A stretch of DNA of 26,833 bases from Myxococcota bacterium (GTDB lineage Bacteria > Myxococcota > XYA12-FULL-58-9 > JALHOP01): contig JBGGMJ010000164.1 of the NCBI GenBank assembly GCA_041288095.1, forward strand, positions 1 through 26,833, written 5' to 3'. A program made the position numbers and the translations under genes. Position 1 is the stretch's first letter. Each line of letters starts with the position of its first letter. This document shows positions 1-9,836 of this stretch, piece by piece. The notes beneath the pieces were generated by a model. The model worked only from the letters and a program-made list of their open reading frames with translations. It had not been told where the DNA came from and searched no databases.

Positions 1-2
1 GA

Positions 3-167
3 CCCGCCCCCGCTACTCTCTGCCCTCTCGCCGCCCCGAAGTCCCGCCGCGCGCCACGCACGCGCCCGAGCGATCGCTGGCCGCCGCAGCTCCCGCCGCT
101 CCCGGAGCCCTGCCGGCCGTTCCCGGAGCCACGCATTCCGCCGCTCCCGCCAATCCCCCGGCGCTAG
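3..167 (+). CDS. Possible 3' end of a gene entering from the left (Pro-rich C-terminal tail), partial
   Basis: Frame is open from position 3 (...WPPQLPPLPEPCRPFPEPRIPPLPPIPRR*). Its TAG at 165-167 shares the CTAG palindrome with the stop of the convergent kinase gene. Could equally be non-coding low-complexity repeats (gccgctcccggagcc / gccgttcccggagcc). Confidence 0.25.
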   Translation, partial: PAPATLCPLAAPKSRRAPRTRPSDRWPPQLPPLPEPCRPFPEPRIPPLPPIPRR

Positions 168-1012
168 ATATACGTTTTAGCGGCCTCGACGGCGCTGGTC
201 ACGTAGCTGCCGCCGAAGAGATTCGCGTGCACGAGGAGTGGATAGAGCTGATAGAGCTTCACGCGCTCCTTCCAGCCATCCCGCAGGGGCGCGGCCTCGG
301 CGTACGCCGCGAAGACGCGCGCGCTGAAGCCGCCGAAGAGTTGCATCATCGCGAGGTCAATCTCTCGGTCGCCGCCGTAAGCCGCGGGGTCGATGAGCAC
401 GGGAGCGCCCTGCTCGTCGGTGAGAAGGTTGCCACCCCAAAGGTCGCCATGCAGACGCGATGGCCTGTCGACCTCGCCAACCAGGGGCCGCATCCGCTCC
501 AGCAGACGGTCGAAGATCCTGCGATCGAGCGGGGAGAAAACATCGCCTGCGCGCTGGATGAGGGGTGTAAGGCGCTCGTCGCGGTAGAAGTCCGCCCAGG
601 TCGGGTGGGCGCGGTTCGATTGCGGCAAGGTGCCGATGTAGTTGTCGGTCGCCAAGCCGTAGGTGCCGGCACCCGAAAGATGCAGCGCCGCGAGCCCTCG
701 CCCGAGCTGCTCGTCGAAGTCGCGCCGGCGCTCCGCGGGTCGGATGAGCTCGAGCACCAGGACGCGCTCACCGATGCCGACCACTTTCGGAACACGTAGA
801 GCGTTGGCCGCGCCGAGCCACTCGAGTCCCTCGGCCTCTCGCTGGAACATCATGCGCGGCGCGCGTGTGTTCGACTTCACGAACAGCTCGCGCCCGTCCG
901 CTAAAGCGACAAGATGCGCGTCGTTGATGTCGCCGCCATGCAGACGCTCGGTCCGCGCCACGCGACCGCCCGCGAGCTTGGCGACGTCGTCCGCGATGGG
1001 GCTAGCGAGCAA
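164..1012 (-). CDS. Fructosamine kinase family protein (FN3K homolog, ribulosamine/erythrulosamine 3-kinase-like)
   Basis: Motifs LHGGDIN, FVK, EAEGL, NYIG, LHGDLWGGN, IDPAAYGGDREIDLAM..LFGGF, YQLYPLLVHANLFG. TTG start overlaps the end of the phosphatase gene. Confidence 0.93.
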   Translation of the reverse strand: MLASPIADDVAKLAGGRVARTERLHGGDINDAHLVALADGRELFVKSNTRAPRMMFQREAEGLEWLGAANALRVPKVVGIGERVLVLELIRPAERRRDFDEQLGRGLAALHLSGAGTYGLATDNYIGTLPQSNRAHPTWADFYRDERLTPLIQRAGDVFSPLDRRIFDRLLERMRPLVGEVDRPSRLHGDLWGGNLLTDEQGAPVLIDPAAYGGDREIDLAMMQLFGGFSARVFAAYAEAAPLRDGWKERVKLYQLYPLLVHANLFGGSYVTSAVEAAKTYI

Positions 1013-1487
1013 GACGATGTTCGCGCTTCAGGTGCTCGAGCAGGCCCCGCGAGCCGGCCTCGACCAGGTCGTAGACGTCCTCGAAGCCGTCGGGGCCGCC
1101 GGCGTACGGGTCCGGCACCGACGAACCCTTGGGGCTCTTGGCGTCGAAATCGCGCAGTAGACGAATCTTCGCGCGGTCAGCGTCGCTCTTGGCGAGCTGT
1201 TGCAGGTTGCGCTGGTTCTGCGCGTCCATCGCAACGGCGTAGTCGCACTCGGCGAAGCTGCCACCGGTGAACTGGCGGGCGCGGCTCACGAGCTTCACAC
1301 CGCGACGGGCGGCGGTGGCGGCGCTGCGGGGGTCCGGCTCTTCGCCCACGTGCCAGGCGCCGGTGCCGGCGCTCCAGACCTGGATGGCCGAGCTCAGGCC
1401 TTCACGCTCGACCAAGTCACGCATGACGCCTTCGGCGGTCGGAGAACGGCAGATGTTGCCGAGGCAGACGAAGCAGACGCGGATCAT
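1002..1487 (-). CDS. Low molecular weight protein-tyrosine phosphatase
   Basis: P-loop CLGNICRSP, SAGTG.WH.G, AMD, VPDPY general-acid motif. ATGA overlap with the upstream SNF2 gene at 1484-1487. Confidence 0.95.
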   Translation of the reverse strand: MIRVCFVCLGNICRSPTAEGVMRDLVEREGLSSAIQVWSAGTGAWHVGEEPDPRSAATAARRGVKLVSRARQFTGGSFAECDYAVAMDAQNQRNLQQLAKSDADRAKIRLLRDFDAKSPKGSSVPDPYAGGPDGFEDVYDLVEAGSRGLLEHLKREHRLAR

Positions 1488-4399
1488 TCGCGTAGTAGAT
1501 CGAGCAGGTCGTCGCGCGTCAAGCGCAAGGCGGAGTCCCCGCCTCCCAGTGCCGCGTCAGCGAGACCCCGTTTGCGCGACTGCAGGTCGAGCATCCGCTC
1601 TTCGACGGTGTCCTTGGCGACCAGGCGATAGACCATCACCGGCTTGTCCTGGCCGATACGGTGGGCACGATCGGCGGCCTGATCTTCGACCGCCGGGTTC
1701 CACCAGGGGTCGAGCAAGAAGACGTGATCGGCGGCGGTAAGGTTCAAGCCCGTGCCACCCGCCTTGAGCGACACCAGCATGATCGGCGGGCCGTCGGGGT
1801 TCTGGAACTCACGCACCACGGCGCCACGGTCGGCGGTCGAGCCGTCGAGACGGGTAAACGGCAGCAGCGCGTCGTTGAGCGGCCGCTCGACCAAATCGAG
1901 CAGGCTCGTCCACTGCGAGAAGACCAGCGCCTTGTGACCGTCGGCCACCGCTTCGTCGAGCTTCTCGAGGAGCAAGTCCACTTTCGCGGAGTGGAGGATC
2001 GCCTCTCCGCCAGGAACCAAGGCCGCGTGCGAGGCGACCTGGCGCAAGCGCAGCAGCGCCTCGAGCGCTTGCATGACGTTGCCTTGGCCCCCCGTTAGCT
2101 TGTCGACCACATCGCGCATGCTGGCGGCACGGATGACGTCGTAGATGGCGCGCTCGGTCTCGGAGAGCTCGCAACGCAGCACGACCTCGGTGCGCGGCGG
2201 CAGCTCCGGCGCGACCTCGCGCTTCAAGCGGCGCAGCACGAAGGGCGACACACGCTCGCGCAAGCGCTCCGCGGCACCGGGCTCGGCGCGCTCGATCGGT
2301 TTGGCGTAGCGCTCGTCGAAGTCCTTGCGGCTGCCCAGGAGGCCGGGGTTCACGAAGTGCATCTGGCTCCAGAGCTCTTCGAGGCGGTTTTCGACCGGGG
2401 TGCCTGAGAGCGTAATGCGGAAGTCGCCCTTGAGCGTATAGGCGGCGCGCGTCGTCTGACTGTCGGGGTTCTTGATGGCCTGGGCTTCGTCGAGAACGAT
2501 GGTGTCGAAGTGCTGCGCCGAGAGCTCGCCTATATCGAGGCGCAAGAGAGCGTAGCTCGTCAGCACCACATCGAGGTCGCGGGCGAGCGACCGGGTCGGT
2601 CCGTAATACATACCGACGCGCAAGTTGGGCCGGAAACGCGTGAGCTCGGCGTGCCAGTTGAAGAGCACGCTGGTCGGCGCGACGACGAGCGAGCGGCCGG
2701 TGAGCGCGGTGATCGCTTGCACCGTCTTACCGAGGCCCATGTCGTCGGCGAGGATGCCACCGAGATTGGCGCGCCGCAGGAACGCGAGCCAGTCGACGCC
2801 ACGCTGCTGATAGGAGCGCAGCTCCGCGGTCAGCCCCTCCGGTAGCTCGGCCTTGGGAATGCTCGTGAAGCCGGAGACCAGCGCCGACAGCTTGGCGAAG
2901 CCCGGTGGATCGGGCTCGCCCAGGTCGGAGGCGAGCTTCTTGAGATCGAACATGCCGGCGGTGCCGATGGTGCCGTCGTCGGCACGGGCGGCGAGAACAT
3001 CGAGCAGGCGCTCACCATGTTTGCCGAGGAAGTCGACGGGCAACGGCGCGACCCCTCCGGAGAGTAGCGGGACCAGGGGCTCGCCGCGGCGGAAAGCGTC
3101 GAGCACCGCCTTGGGATCCGCTTCCCGCTGCGTGCCGTCGATGTCGGTGGTGAAGAACGAGAGATCGAGCGCATTGCCCTTGATGGCGACCTTGGCCGTG
3201 AGCCCAGGCAGCAAGCGGAAGTCGCGGGCCGCTCCACTCGCCGCCTCGTCCGACCAATCTTGCAGCTTGCGCGCGAAGGGCACCGCTTCGTTCAGAGGTA
3301 CGCTGTGGCGGACACCCGGCAAGAGCTTGAGCTCGCTCGCGAGCCTCACCACCAGCTTGCGCTCGGCGGCCTGATCGCGCACCGGTACCGCGCCCTGCAG
3401 ATGCACGAGCTTGTCGCCGTCGATGCGCGCCGTGGGCGGATCGCCGTAGACCAGGGTCGCTAAAACGGACAGCGTCGTGTCCTCTCGGCTGGTCTCGATG
3501 TGAATACGGGGCTTCGCCTTTTCGGCTTTGGGCAGGCTCTTGGTGAGGTCGAGGATGGCGACGCTGCGGGCGAGCCGTGGAATGAGCCCGGTCACCAGAT
3601 CGGGGATCTCGTGCTTGCGAAAGATCTTGCCCCGCCGCAGGTCCTGCACATCGCGCGCGCTAACCTTGGCTTCGTCGAATGGCCGCAGCGTCTCGTCCTC
3701 GAGCACGACCCCGTTGGCAAAGACGGCGCGCACACCGGGATCCTGCTCGATGCTGACACGCACACCCTCGGGCACGTCCTCGAGACGCGCGCGCATGCCC
3801 GCCGTGGCTTCGCCAGTGGTCACGGGGCGACCATCGAGCGTGATGTCAGGCGCGTCGCGCAACGCCGCCAAGAGCTTCGCCATGAGCTCGCGGGGCAAGA
3901 TGCCTCGCGGCGTCGAGCTGAGGAGCACCTCGATGTCGAGGTCCTGCTGGGTGGCGATGAAGGGCTTGCTGCGATCGTACGAGAGCATCGTCAGCGTGCT
4001 GGTGAGCGCCACTTCGTTGCGGCCGGTGACCATGACGCGATCGAAGGTCAGCCCTTTGCCGCTGGTGAAGCGGTAGCCGATGTAGCCGGTGCTCTGCTCG
4101 CTCTTGGGCGCGAACAGGGACTCACCCTTTTCCTCGGCTTGCTTGACCGCGATGACGGCGGCCGCGACGTGAATGCATGCGGCCGCCGCGCTCGGGCACT
4201 CACACGACCACTCGGCGTCGTCCGGAAACAAGGTGACGAGGGGCGCCACCATGCCGCCTTGCATGGAGACGCGCAGATCGAGCTCTCGCCCCTGAGCCCG
4301 CTCGCCAAGCACGGCGCCTTGACGGACCAGCTCGACGCCGCGCGACCAGATGGCCGGAGGACAGGCTTTGCGAACGGCTGCGAAGGTAGCGTCGATCAC
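1484..4399 (-). CDS. SWIM zinc-finger / SNF2-family helicase-like ATPase
   Basis: N-terminal CxC-x6-CxH (CECPSAAAACIH), LADDMGLGKT (Walker A), DEAQ, SGTPVENRLEELWS, LRRLK, LKAGGTGLNLT, DPWWNPAVEDQAADRAHRIGQ. GTG start. Confidence 0.95.
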   Translation of the reverse strand: MIDATFAAVRKACPPAIWSRGVELVRQGAVLGERAQGRELDLRVSMQGGMVAPLVTLFPDDAEWSCECPSAAAACIHVAAAVIAVKQAEEKGESLFAPKSEQSTGYIGYRFTSGKGLTFDRVMVTGRNEVALTSTLTMLSYDRSKPFIATQQDLDIEVLLSSTPRGILPRELMAKLLAALRDAPDITLDGRPVTTGEATAGMRARLEDVPEGVRVSIEQDPGVRAVFANGVVLEDETLRPFDEAKVSARDVQDLRRGKIFRKHEIPDLVTGLIPRLARSVAILDLTKSLPKAEKAKPRIHIETSREDTTLSVLATLVYGDPPTARIDGDKLVHLQGAVPVRDQAAERKLVVRLASELKLLPGVRHSVPLNEAVPFARKLQDWSDEAASGAARDFRLLPGLTAKVAIKGNALDLSFFTTDIDGTQREADPKAVLDAFRRGEPLVPLLSGGVAPLPVDFLGKHGERLLDVLAARADDGTIGTAGMFDLKKLASDLGEPDPPGFAKLSALVSGFTSIPKAELPEGLTAELRSYQQRGVDWLAFLRRANLGGILADDMGLGKTVQAITALTGRSLVVAPTSVLFNWHAELTRFRPNLRVGMYYGPTRSLARDLDVVLTSYALLRLDIGELSAQHFDTIVLDEAQAIKNPDSQTTRAAYTLKGDFRITLSGTPVENRLEELWSQMHFVNPGLLGSRKDFDERYAKPIERAEPGAAERLRERVSPFVLRRLKREVAPELPPRTEVVLRCELSETERAIYDVIRAASMRDVVDKLTGGQGNVMQALEALLRLRQVASHAALVPGGEAILHSAKVDLLLEKLDEAVADGHKALVFSQWTSLLDLVERPLNDALLPFTRLDGSTADRGAVVREFQNPDGPPIMLVSLKAGGTGLNLTAADHVFLLDPWWNPAVEDQAADRAHRIGQDKPVMVYRLVAKDTVEERMLDLQSRKRGLADAALGGGDSALRLTRDDLLDLLRE

Positions 4400-4453
4400 C
4401 GGGGTTGCACCTCTAACGCCGTCCGCGTCGATGTGCTAGGGCTTCCCGCCGTC

Positions 4454-5662
4454 ATGACTGCGACGCAAAAGCTTCTCCTCCTCGAAGGTGTCCATCCTGT
4501 CGCCCGCGAAGCGCTCGAAGCGCGCGGCTACAGCGTCCACGCCCTGCCCCAAGCGCTCGAAGAAGACGAGCTGGTCAAGGCGGTCAAGGGTGTCACGGCG
4601 TTGGGCATCCGCTCGAAGACTCAGGTCACGCCGCGGGTCCTCGAAGCCGCGAGCGACCTGCTCGTCGTCGGCGCCTTCTGCATCGGCACCAACCAAGTGG
4701 CGCTCGACTTCGCGAACACCAAAGGCGTCCCCGTCTTCAACGCGCCGTACAGCAACACGCGCAGCGTCGCCGAGCTCGTGCTCTCCGAGATCATCGCCCT
4801 CTCGCGCCGGCTCACCGAGGTGTCGAGCCGTGCGCACAAAGGCGAGTGGGTGAAATCGGCCGCGGGTGCCCACGAGGTCCGAGGCCGTGTCGTCGGCATC
4901 GTCGGCTACGGCCACATTGGCAGCCAGCTCTCCGTGCTCGGCGAATCGCTCGGCCTGCGCATCATCTATCACGACATCATCAAGAAGCTGCCACTCGGCA
5001 ACGCCAAGTCCTGCGAAACGCTCGACCAGCTCCTCGAGCAAGCCGACTTCGTGACGCTGCACGTGCCCGCGACCGTTTCCACCGAAAACATGATCGGCGA
5101 GGAGCAACTGGCGCGCATGAAGCGCGGCGCCTGCCTCATCAACGCGAGCCGTGGGAGCGTCGTGGTCATCCCGGCGCTGGCCGCCGCTTTGAAGTCGGGT
5201 CACATCGCCGGCGCCGCCATCGATGTCTTTCCGCACGAGCCCGCGAGCACCAAGGAACAATTCGTCTCCGAGCTGCAGGGGCTGTCCAACGTCATCCTGA
5301 CACCGCACATCGGCGGCAGCACCGAAGAAGCGCAAGAAGCGATTGGTCACGAGGTCGCGGACTCGCTGGTGCGCTTCCTCGAGCAAGGCAGCACACTCGG
5401 GTCGGTGAACTTCCCGCAGATCGATGCGGGCGTGGCTCGCGGGGCGCACCGCATCCTGAACGTGCACCGCAACGTCCCCGGCGTGCTCGGCGCCGTGAAC
5501 GGTATCATGAGCGAGCTCGGCGCCAACATCGAAGGCCAGCAGCTCATGACCGATGCCAACATCGGCTACCTGATCATGGACGTGGCGCGGGCGGACGCCG
5601 AGAAGGTTTGCTCGCGCGTGTCCAAGCTGGAGACCAGCATCAAGACCAGGCTCGTCTACTAA
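4454..5662 (+). CDS. serA: D-3-phosphoglycerate dehydrogenase (E. coli/Pseudomonas type with C-terminal ACT domain)
   Basis: GIRSKT, FCIGTNQV, NAPYSNTRSVAE, GYGHIG, NASRG, TPHIGGSTEEAQ, ACT motif HRNVPGVL. True start is the ATG at 4454 (MTATQKLLLLEG); the ORF-track extension to 3500 is antisense to SNF2. Confidence 0.96.
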   Translation: MTATQKLLLLEGVHPVAREALEARGYSVHALPQALEEDELVKAVKGVTALGIRSKTQVTPRVLEAASDLLVVGAFCIGTNQVALDFANTKGVPVFNAPYSNTRSVAELVLSEIIALSRRLTEVSSRAHKGEWVKSAAGAHEVRGRVVGIVGYGHIGSQLSVLGESLGLRIIYHDIIKKLPLGNAKSCETLDQLLEQADFVTLHVPATVSTENMIGEEQLARMKRGACLINASRGSVVVIPALAAALKSGHIAGAAIDVFPHEPASTKEQFVSELQGLSNVILTPHIGGSTEEAQEAIGHEVADSLVRFLEQGSTLGSVNFPQIDAGVARGAHRILNVHRNVPGVLGAVNGIMSELGANIEGQQLMTDANIGYLIMDVARADAEKVCSRVSKLETSIKTRLVY

Positions 5663-5663
5663 A

Positions 5664-6179
5664 GTGGACGTGCCGGTTCTCGAGAGCGAGCGACTGCGGC
5701 TGCGCGGGCATCGGCTCGACGACTACCCGGCCATCGCCGCCGCCTGGGCCGATCCCGTCGTGGTCCGCCACATCAGCGGCACTCCACAAACGGCGAACGA
5801 GAGCTGGTCGCGATTGCTCCGCTATGTCGGACACTGGCAGCTCATGGGCTACGGTTTCTGGGCTCTGGAAGAACGCGGCACCGGCGCCTACCTGGGCGAG
5901 CTGGGCTTCGGCGACTTCCACCGCGACATCACTCCGCCGCTCGAGGACGTGCCCGAAGCCGGCTGGGTGCTGGCACCGCACGCTCACGGCAAGGGCTACG
6001 CGCTCGAAGCGATGCGTGTGGCGCTGAGCTGGATCGACGCGCGCCACCGCCGCACCCAGTGCATCATCTCCCCCACGAACCGCGCTTCGCAAAAGCTCGC
6101 GGCGAAGCTCGGCTACGTACCGTCGCATGACGCCCGCCACGGCGAGGCCGTCGTCACTGCTTGGTTCCGCGGCGCCTAG
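5664..6179 (+). CDS. GNAT family N-acetyltransferase (RimJ/RimL-like)
   Basis: LESERLRLR, GYGFWALE, EAGW.L...HGKGYA.EA, N.ASQKLA.KLGY. GTG start 1 nt after the serA stop. Confidence 0.9.
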   Translation: MDVPVLESERLRLRGHRLDDYPAIAAAWADPVVVRHISGTPQTANESWSRLLRYVGHWQLMGYGFWALEERGTGAYLGELGFGDFHRDITPPLEDVPEAGWVLAPHAHGKGYALEAMRVALSWIDARHRRTQCIISPTNRASQKLAAKLGYVPSHDARHGEAVVTAWFRGA

Positions 6180-6760
6180 CCGACGATCTCCAGCGCTACG
6201 TAAAACCACTGACCGGTGTGAGCGCGCCCGAGCAAGGTCAGGGCGTCGCGGCCATATTGCGAGCCGTAGGTGCTCGTTTCGACGGCGCGGACTTCGGCGA
6301 AGAGCGTCTTGTTGAAGAAGAGCTGTTGCGTCTTGGAGATGGCGTCGTTGAAAGCGGCCGTGCTTTCCTCGGGCACTTGCTCGCGGAGCGAATCCGCTCG
6401 GGCGGTGAAAGCGCGGAGGGCATCGTCGCTGGTGCCGGCGAGGAAGTCGTGTTGCTCGGCGATTTCGGAGCGCTTCGAGAAAAGCTTGGAAGCGAGCGCC
6501 GCGAGTAGCTCTGCCTCGGTGCGCTTTTGCTTGAACGAGCCGAGGGCGAAGAACGGCTGGCCGTCGCTGCCGTGGCCGATGAGATCGGCGGAGATCGAGG
6601 CTTTGAGCTCCGCGAATTTCCGCGCCGCCGAGTCGGTCTTGCTGGGCGCCGCGAGTTGATCGAGGCCGGTCGTTTTCGCGCTGGCGCGGGTGGTCCTTTC
6701 GCCGAGCTGGAGCGAAGACGACGGGCCAATGCGTACCGCGTTGGTGGGAATGCGCGTCAT
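6176..6760 (-). CDS. Hypothetical protein with S/T-rich N-terminus; C-terminal part possibly NuiA-like
   Basis: 194 aa ORF filling the gap between two recognisable genes, with GAGAGG RBS 6 nt before the ATG and GC-biased codons. The NuiA resemblance is by eye only. Confidence 0.75.
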   Translation of the reverse strand: MTRIPTNAVRIGPSSSLQLGERTTRASAKTTGLDQLAAPSKTDSAARKFAELKASISADLIGHGSDGQPFFALGSFKQKRTEAELLAALASKLFSKRSEIAEQHDFLAGTSDDALRAFTARADSLREQVPEESTAAFNDAISKTQQLFFNKTLFAEVRAVETSTYGSQYGRDALTLLGRAHTGQWFYVALEIVG

Positions 6761-6791
6761 GGGATGCCTCTCGATGGTCGTGAGGCGTAGT

Positions 6792-6818
6792 GTTTCGGTT
6801 TGCGCTCCGCCGAGGTGC
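6792..6818 (-). promoter_or_regulatory. Candidate sigma28 (FliA/WhiG)-like promoter
   Basis: Minus strand reads GCAC-N15-ACCGAAAC, against the consensus TAAA-N15-GCCGATAA. Same geometry as the site upstream of the S8 protease. Confidence 0.3.
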
Positions 6819-6841
6819 GCGTTTCGCGGGCCGTCACCGTG

Positions 6842-7617
6842 TCAGCGGCTGCCCCGCGTGAGCAAGTAGTGGCTGCGCAACACCAAGCGGTCCTTGGCTT
6901 CGCTCTCCCGCTCGAGCAAGGAGATCGATCGTTGCCGGACGTTCGCCCATACGTCGGGACGGCTGCTCACGACCTTCTTCACGCTCATCCACACCGGGTG
7001 ATGGTGCTCTTGCTCGTCGAACCAAGCCTCGGCGGACTTCGCTTCGAAGGTGATGCTGTCGGTGGTGATCTCGACGGTCGCGCCATTGCGCGCGAACATG
7101 TCGGTGATCGAATCGGCGCTGCTCCATGGCCCGGAAGGACGCTGGCCGCCGCCACCAGTGACCTCGGAGGCACCCTGCCACATGATGGCGCCAATCTCGA
7201 AGATCACACCCGTGGCGATCCAGCTGGTGATGACGAACCGTCCGCCAGGGCGGACAACGCGCACGAGCTCGCGCGCGGCCTTCTCCGCGTCCGGCGAGAA
7301 GATCATGCCGAAAACCGAGATCGCGACGTCGAACGTCCCGTCACGCGCCGGGATCTGCTCGGCGGTACCGTTGACGGTCTTCACGGCGAGCTTGTTGAGC
7401 TTGGCGCGGCTACGCGCCACTTCGAGCAAACGCTCGGCGGGATCCACGGCCGTGACGTGGGCACCGCGTCTGGCCAGCTCGAGCGCCACATTGCCCGTGC
7501 CGCAAGCGAGATCGAGCGCCGTCTCGCCTTCGACGACCGCGGCCAGCTCGACGGCCAGCTTGCCGATCGGCTCGAGCGTCTTGGCGGTGAGCTCGTAGCT
7601 ACCGACGCTCCAGTCGA

Positions 7618-7621
<4 letters not shown>
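6842..7621 (-). CDS. Class I SAM-dependent methyltransferase
   Basis: LDLACGTG motif I, VTAVD, AEQIP..DGTFDV.IS.FG.IF, RVVRPGGR. ATGA overlap with the upstream gene at 7618-7621. Confidence 0.93.
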
Positions 7622-8994
<1,373 letters not shown>

Positions 8995-8995
8995 G

Positions 8996-9826
8996 TCAGT
9001 TCGATCCCAGCTTGCCGTTGAGAAACGTCTGCGTCTTCGCCCAAGCCGCTTTAGCGGCCTCGGAGTCGTAGTTCTGGCTCGACGGATTGGCGAAGGCATG
9101 CGCGGCGTCGACACGCTCGATGGTTGCTTCCTTGCCGAGCTTCTTCAACGTGGCCTCGAAGGCGTCGACCGAGGCGATCGGTATCGCTTGGTCCTTGGTG
9201 CCGAAGAACGCGAGCAGCGGAGCCTTCAAACCCTTGAGCTCTGTTTCATCGGTCGGCATGAAGCCGTAGTAGACGACGGCCGCGTCGAGGTCCTTGACCG
9301 CTAGAGCGGTTTGCAGCGACCAGGTCCCGCCGAAGCACCAGCCGATGACGCCGCGACGGCGCGCCTTGATGGTCGGCTCGTCCTTCAAGTAGTCGGCGGC
9401 CGCCTTGAGGGTGGCGGTGGCAATCTTGGGATCGACGCTCTTCACGTAGGTCTGCGCCTGCTCGCGGGTGCTCGCGACATTGCCGCCGTAGAGGTCGACG
9501 GCCAGCGCGGCCATGCCGAGCCCCGCCAGGCGGTCGGCGGCGTGCCGGATGTGATCGTTGAGCCCCCACCACTCGTGAATCACGATGACCGCCGGCATGC
9601 CGGGCGCCGCGTTCGCCGGCAGACTCAGATAGGCGCGCGAGCCGCCGACGAGCACGTCCTTGCCGGTCAGCCGCGAGGGCTCGTCCGGCCGCAGAGTGTG
9701 GAGGTCCGCGAACTGCTCCTCGCTCATACCGGTGGGCAGAGTCTGAGGCGGCACGCTCGGCGGTGGCGGCGACTTCTTCTGATCACATGCAGCAAGTGCC
9801 ACGAGGAGCCAGAAGATGCGTCGCAT
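8996..9826 (-). CDS. Dienelactone hydrolase family lipoprotein
   Basis: IHEWWGLN, nucleophile elbow GWCFGG, YYG, HAFAN. ATG at 9826 gives MRRIFWLLVALAAC (lipobox LAAC) followed by a Pro-rich linker. Confidence 0.92.
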   Translation of the reverse strand: MRRIFWLLVALAACDQKKSPPPPSVPPQTLPTGMSEEQFADLHTLRPDEPSRLTGKDVLVGGSRAYLSLPANAAPGMPAVIVIHEWWGLNDHIRHAADRLAGLGMAALAVDLYGGNVASTREQAQTYVKSVDPKIATATLKAAADYLKDEPTIKARRRGVIGWCFGGTWSLQTALAVKDLDAAVVYYGFMPTDETELKGLKAPLLAFFGTKDQAIPIASVDAFEATLKKLGKEATIERVDAAHAFANPSSQNYDSEAAKAAWAKTQTFLNGKLGSN

Positions 9827-9836
9827 GTTTCCCCCG

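Noticed and set aside
1484..4399. Anti-phage defence system built on the SNF2 helicase
   Set aside because: The SWIM-SNF2 architecture is a common housekeeping type. There is no DNA methylase, nuclease or other defence gene nearby, and no compositional island.
3500..4453. Apparent 318 aa N-terminal extension on SerA (720 aa ORF)
   Set aside because: It is the antisense shadow of the SNF2 gene. SerA homology starts at ATG 4454.
4400..4453. Sigma70 promoter using TTGCAC (4405-10) for serA
   Set aside because: No TAnnnT hexamer at 16-18 nt spacing. A promoter must exist in this divergent gap but I cannot place it.
8995..9114. 40 aa N-terminal extension of the FAD oxidoreductase
   Set aside because: Overlaps the DLH gene in another frame and is Arg-rich with no family similarity. 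ATG 8994 is coupled to the DLH stop.
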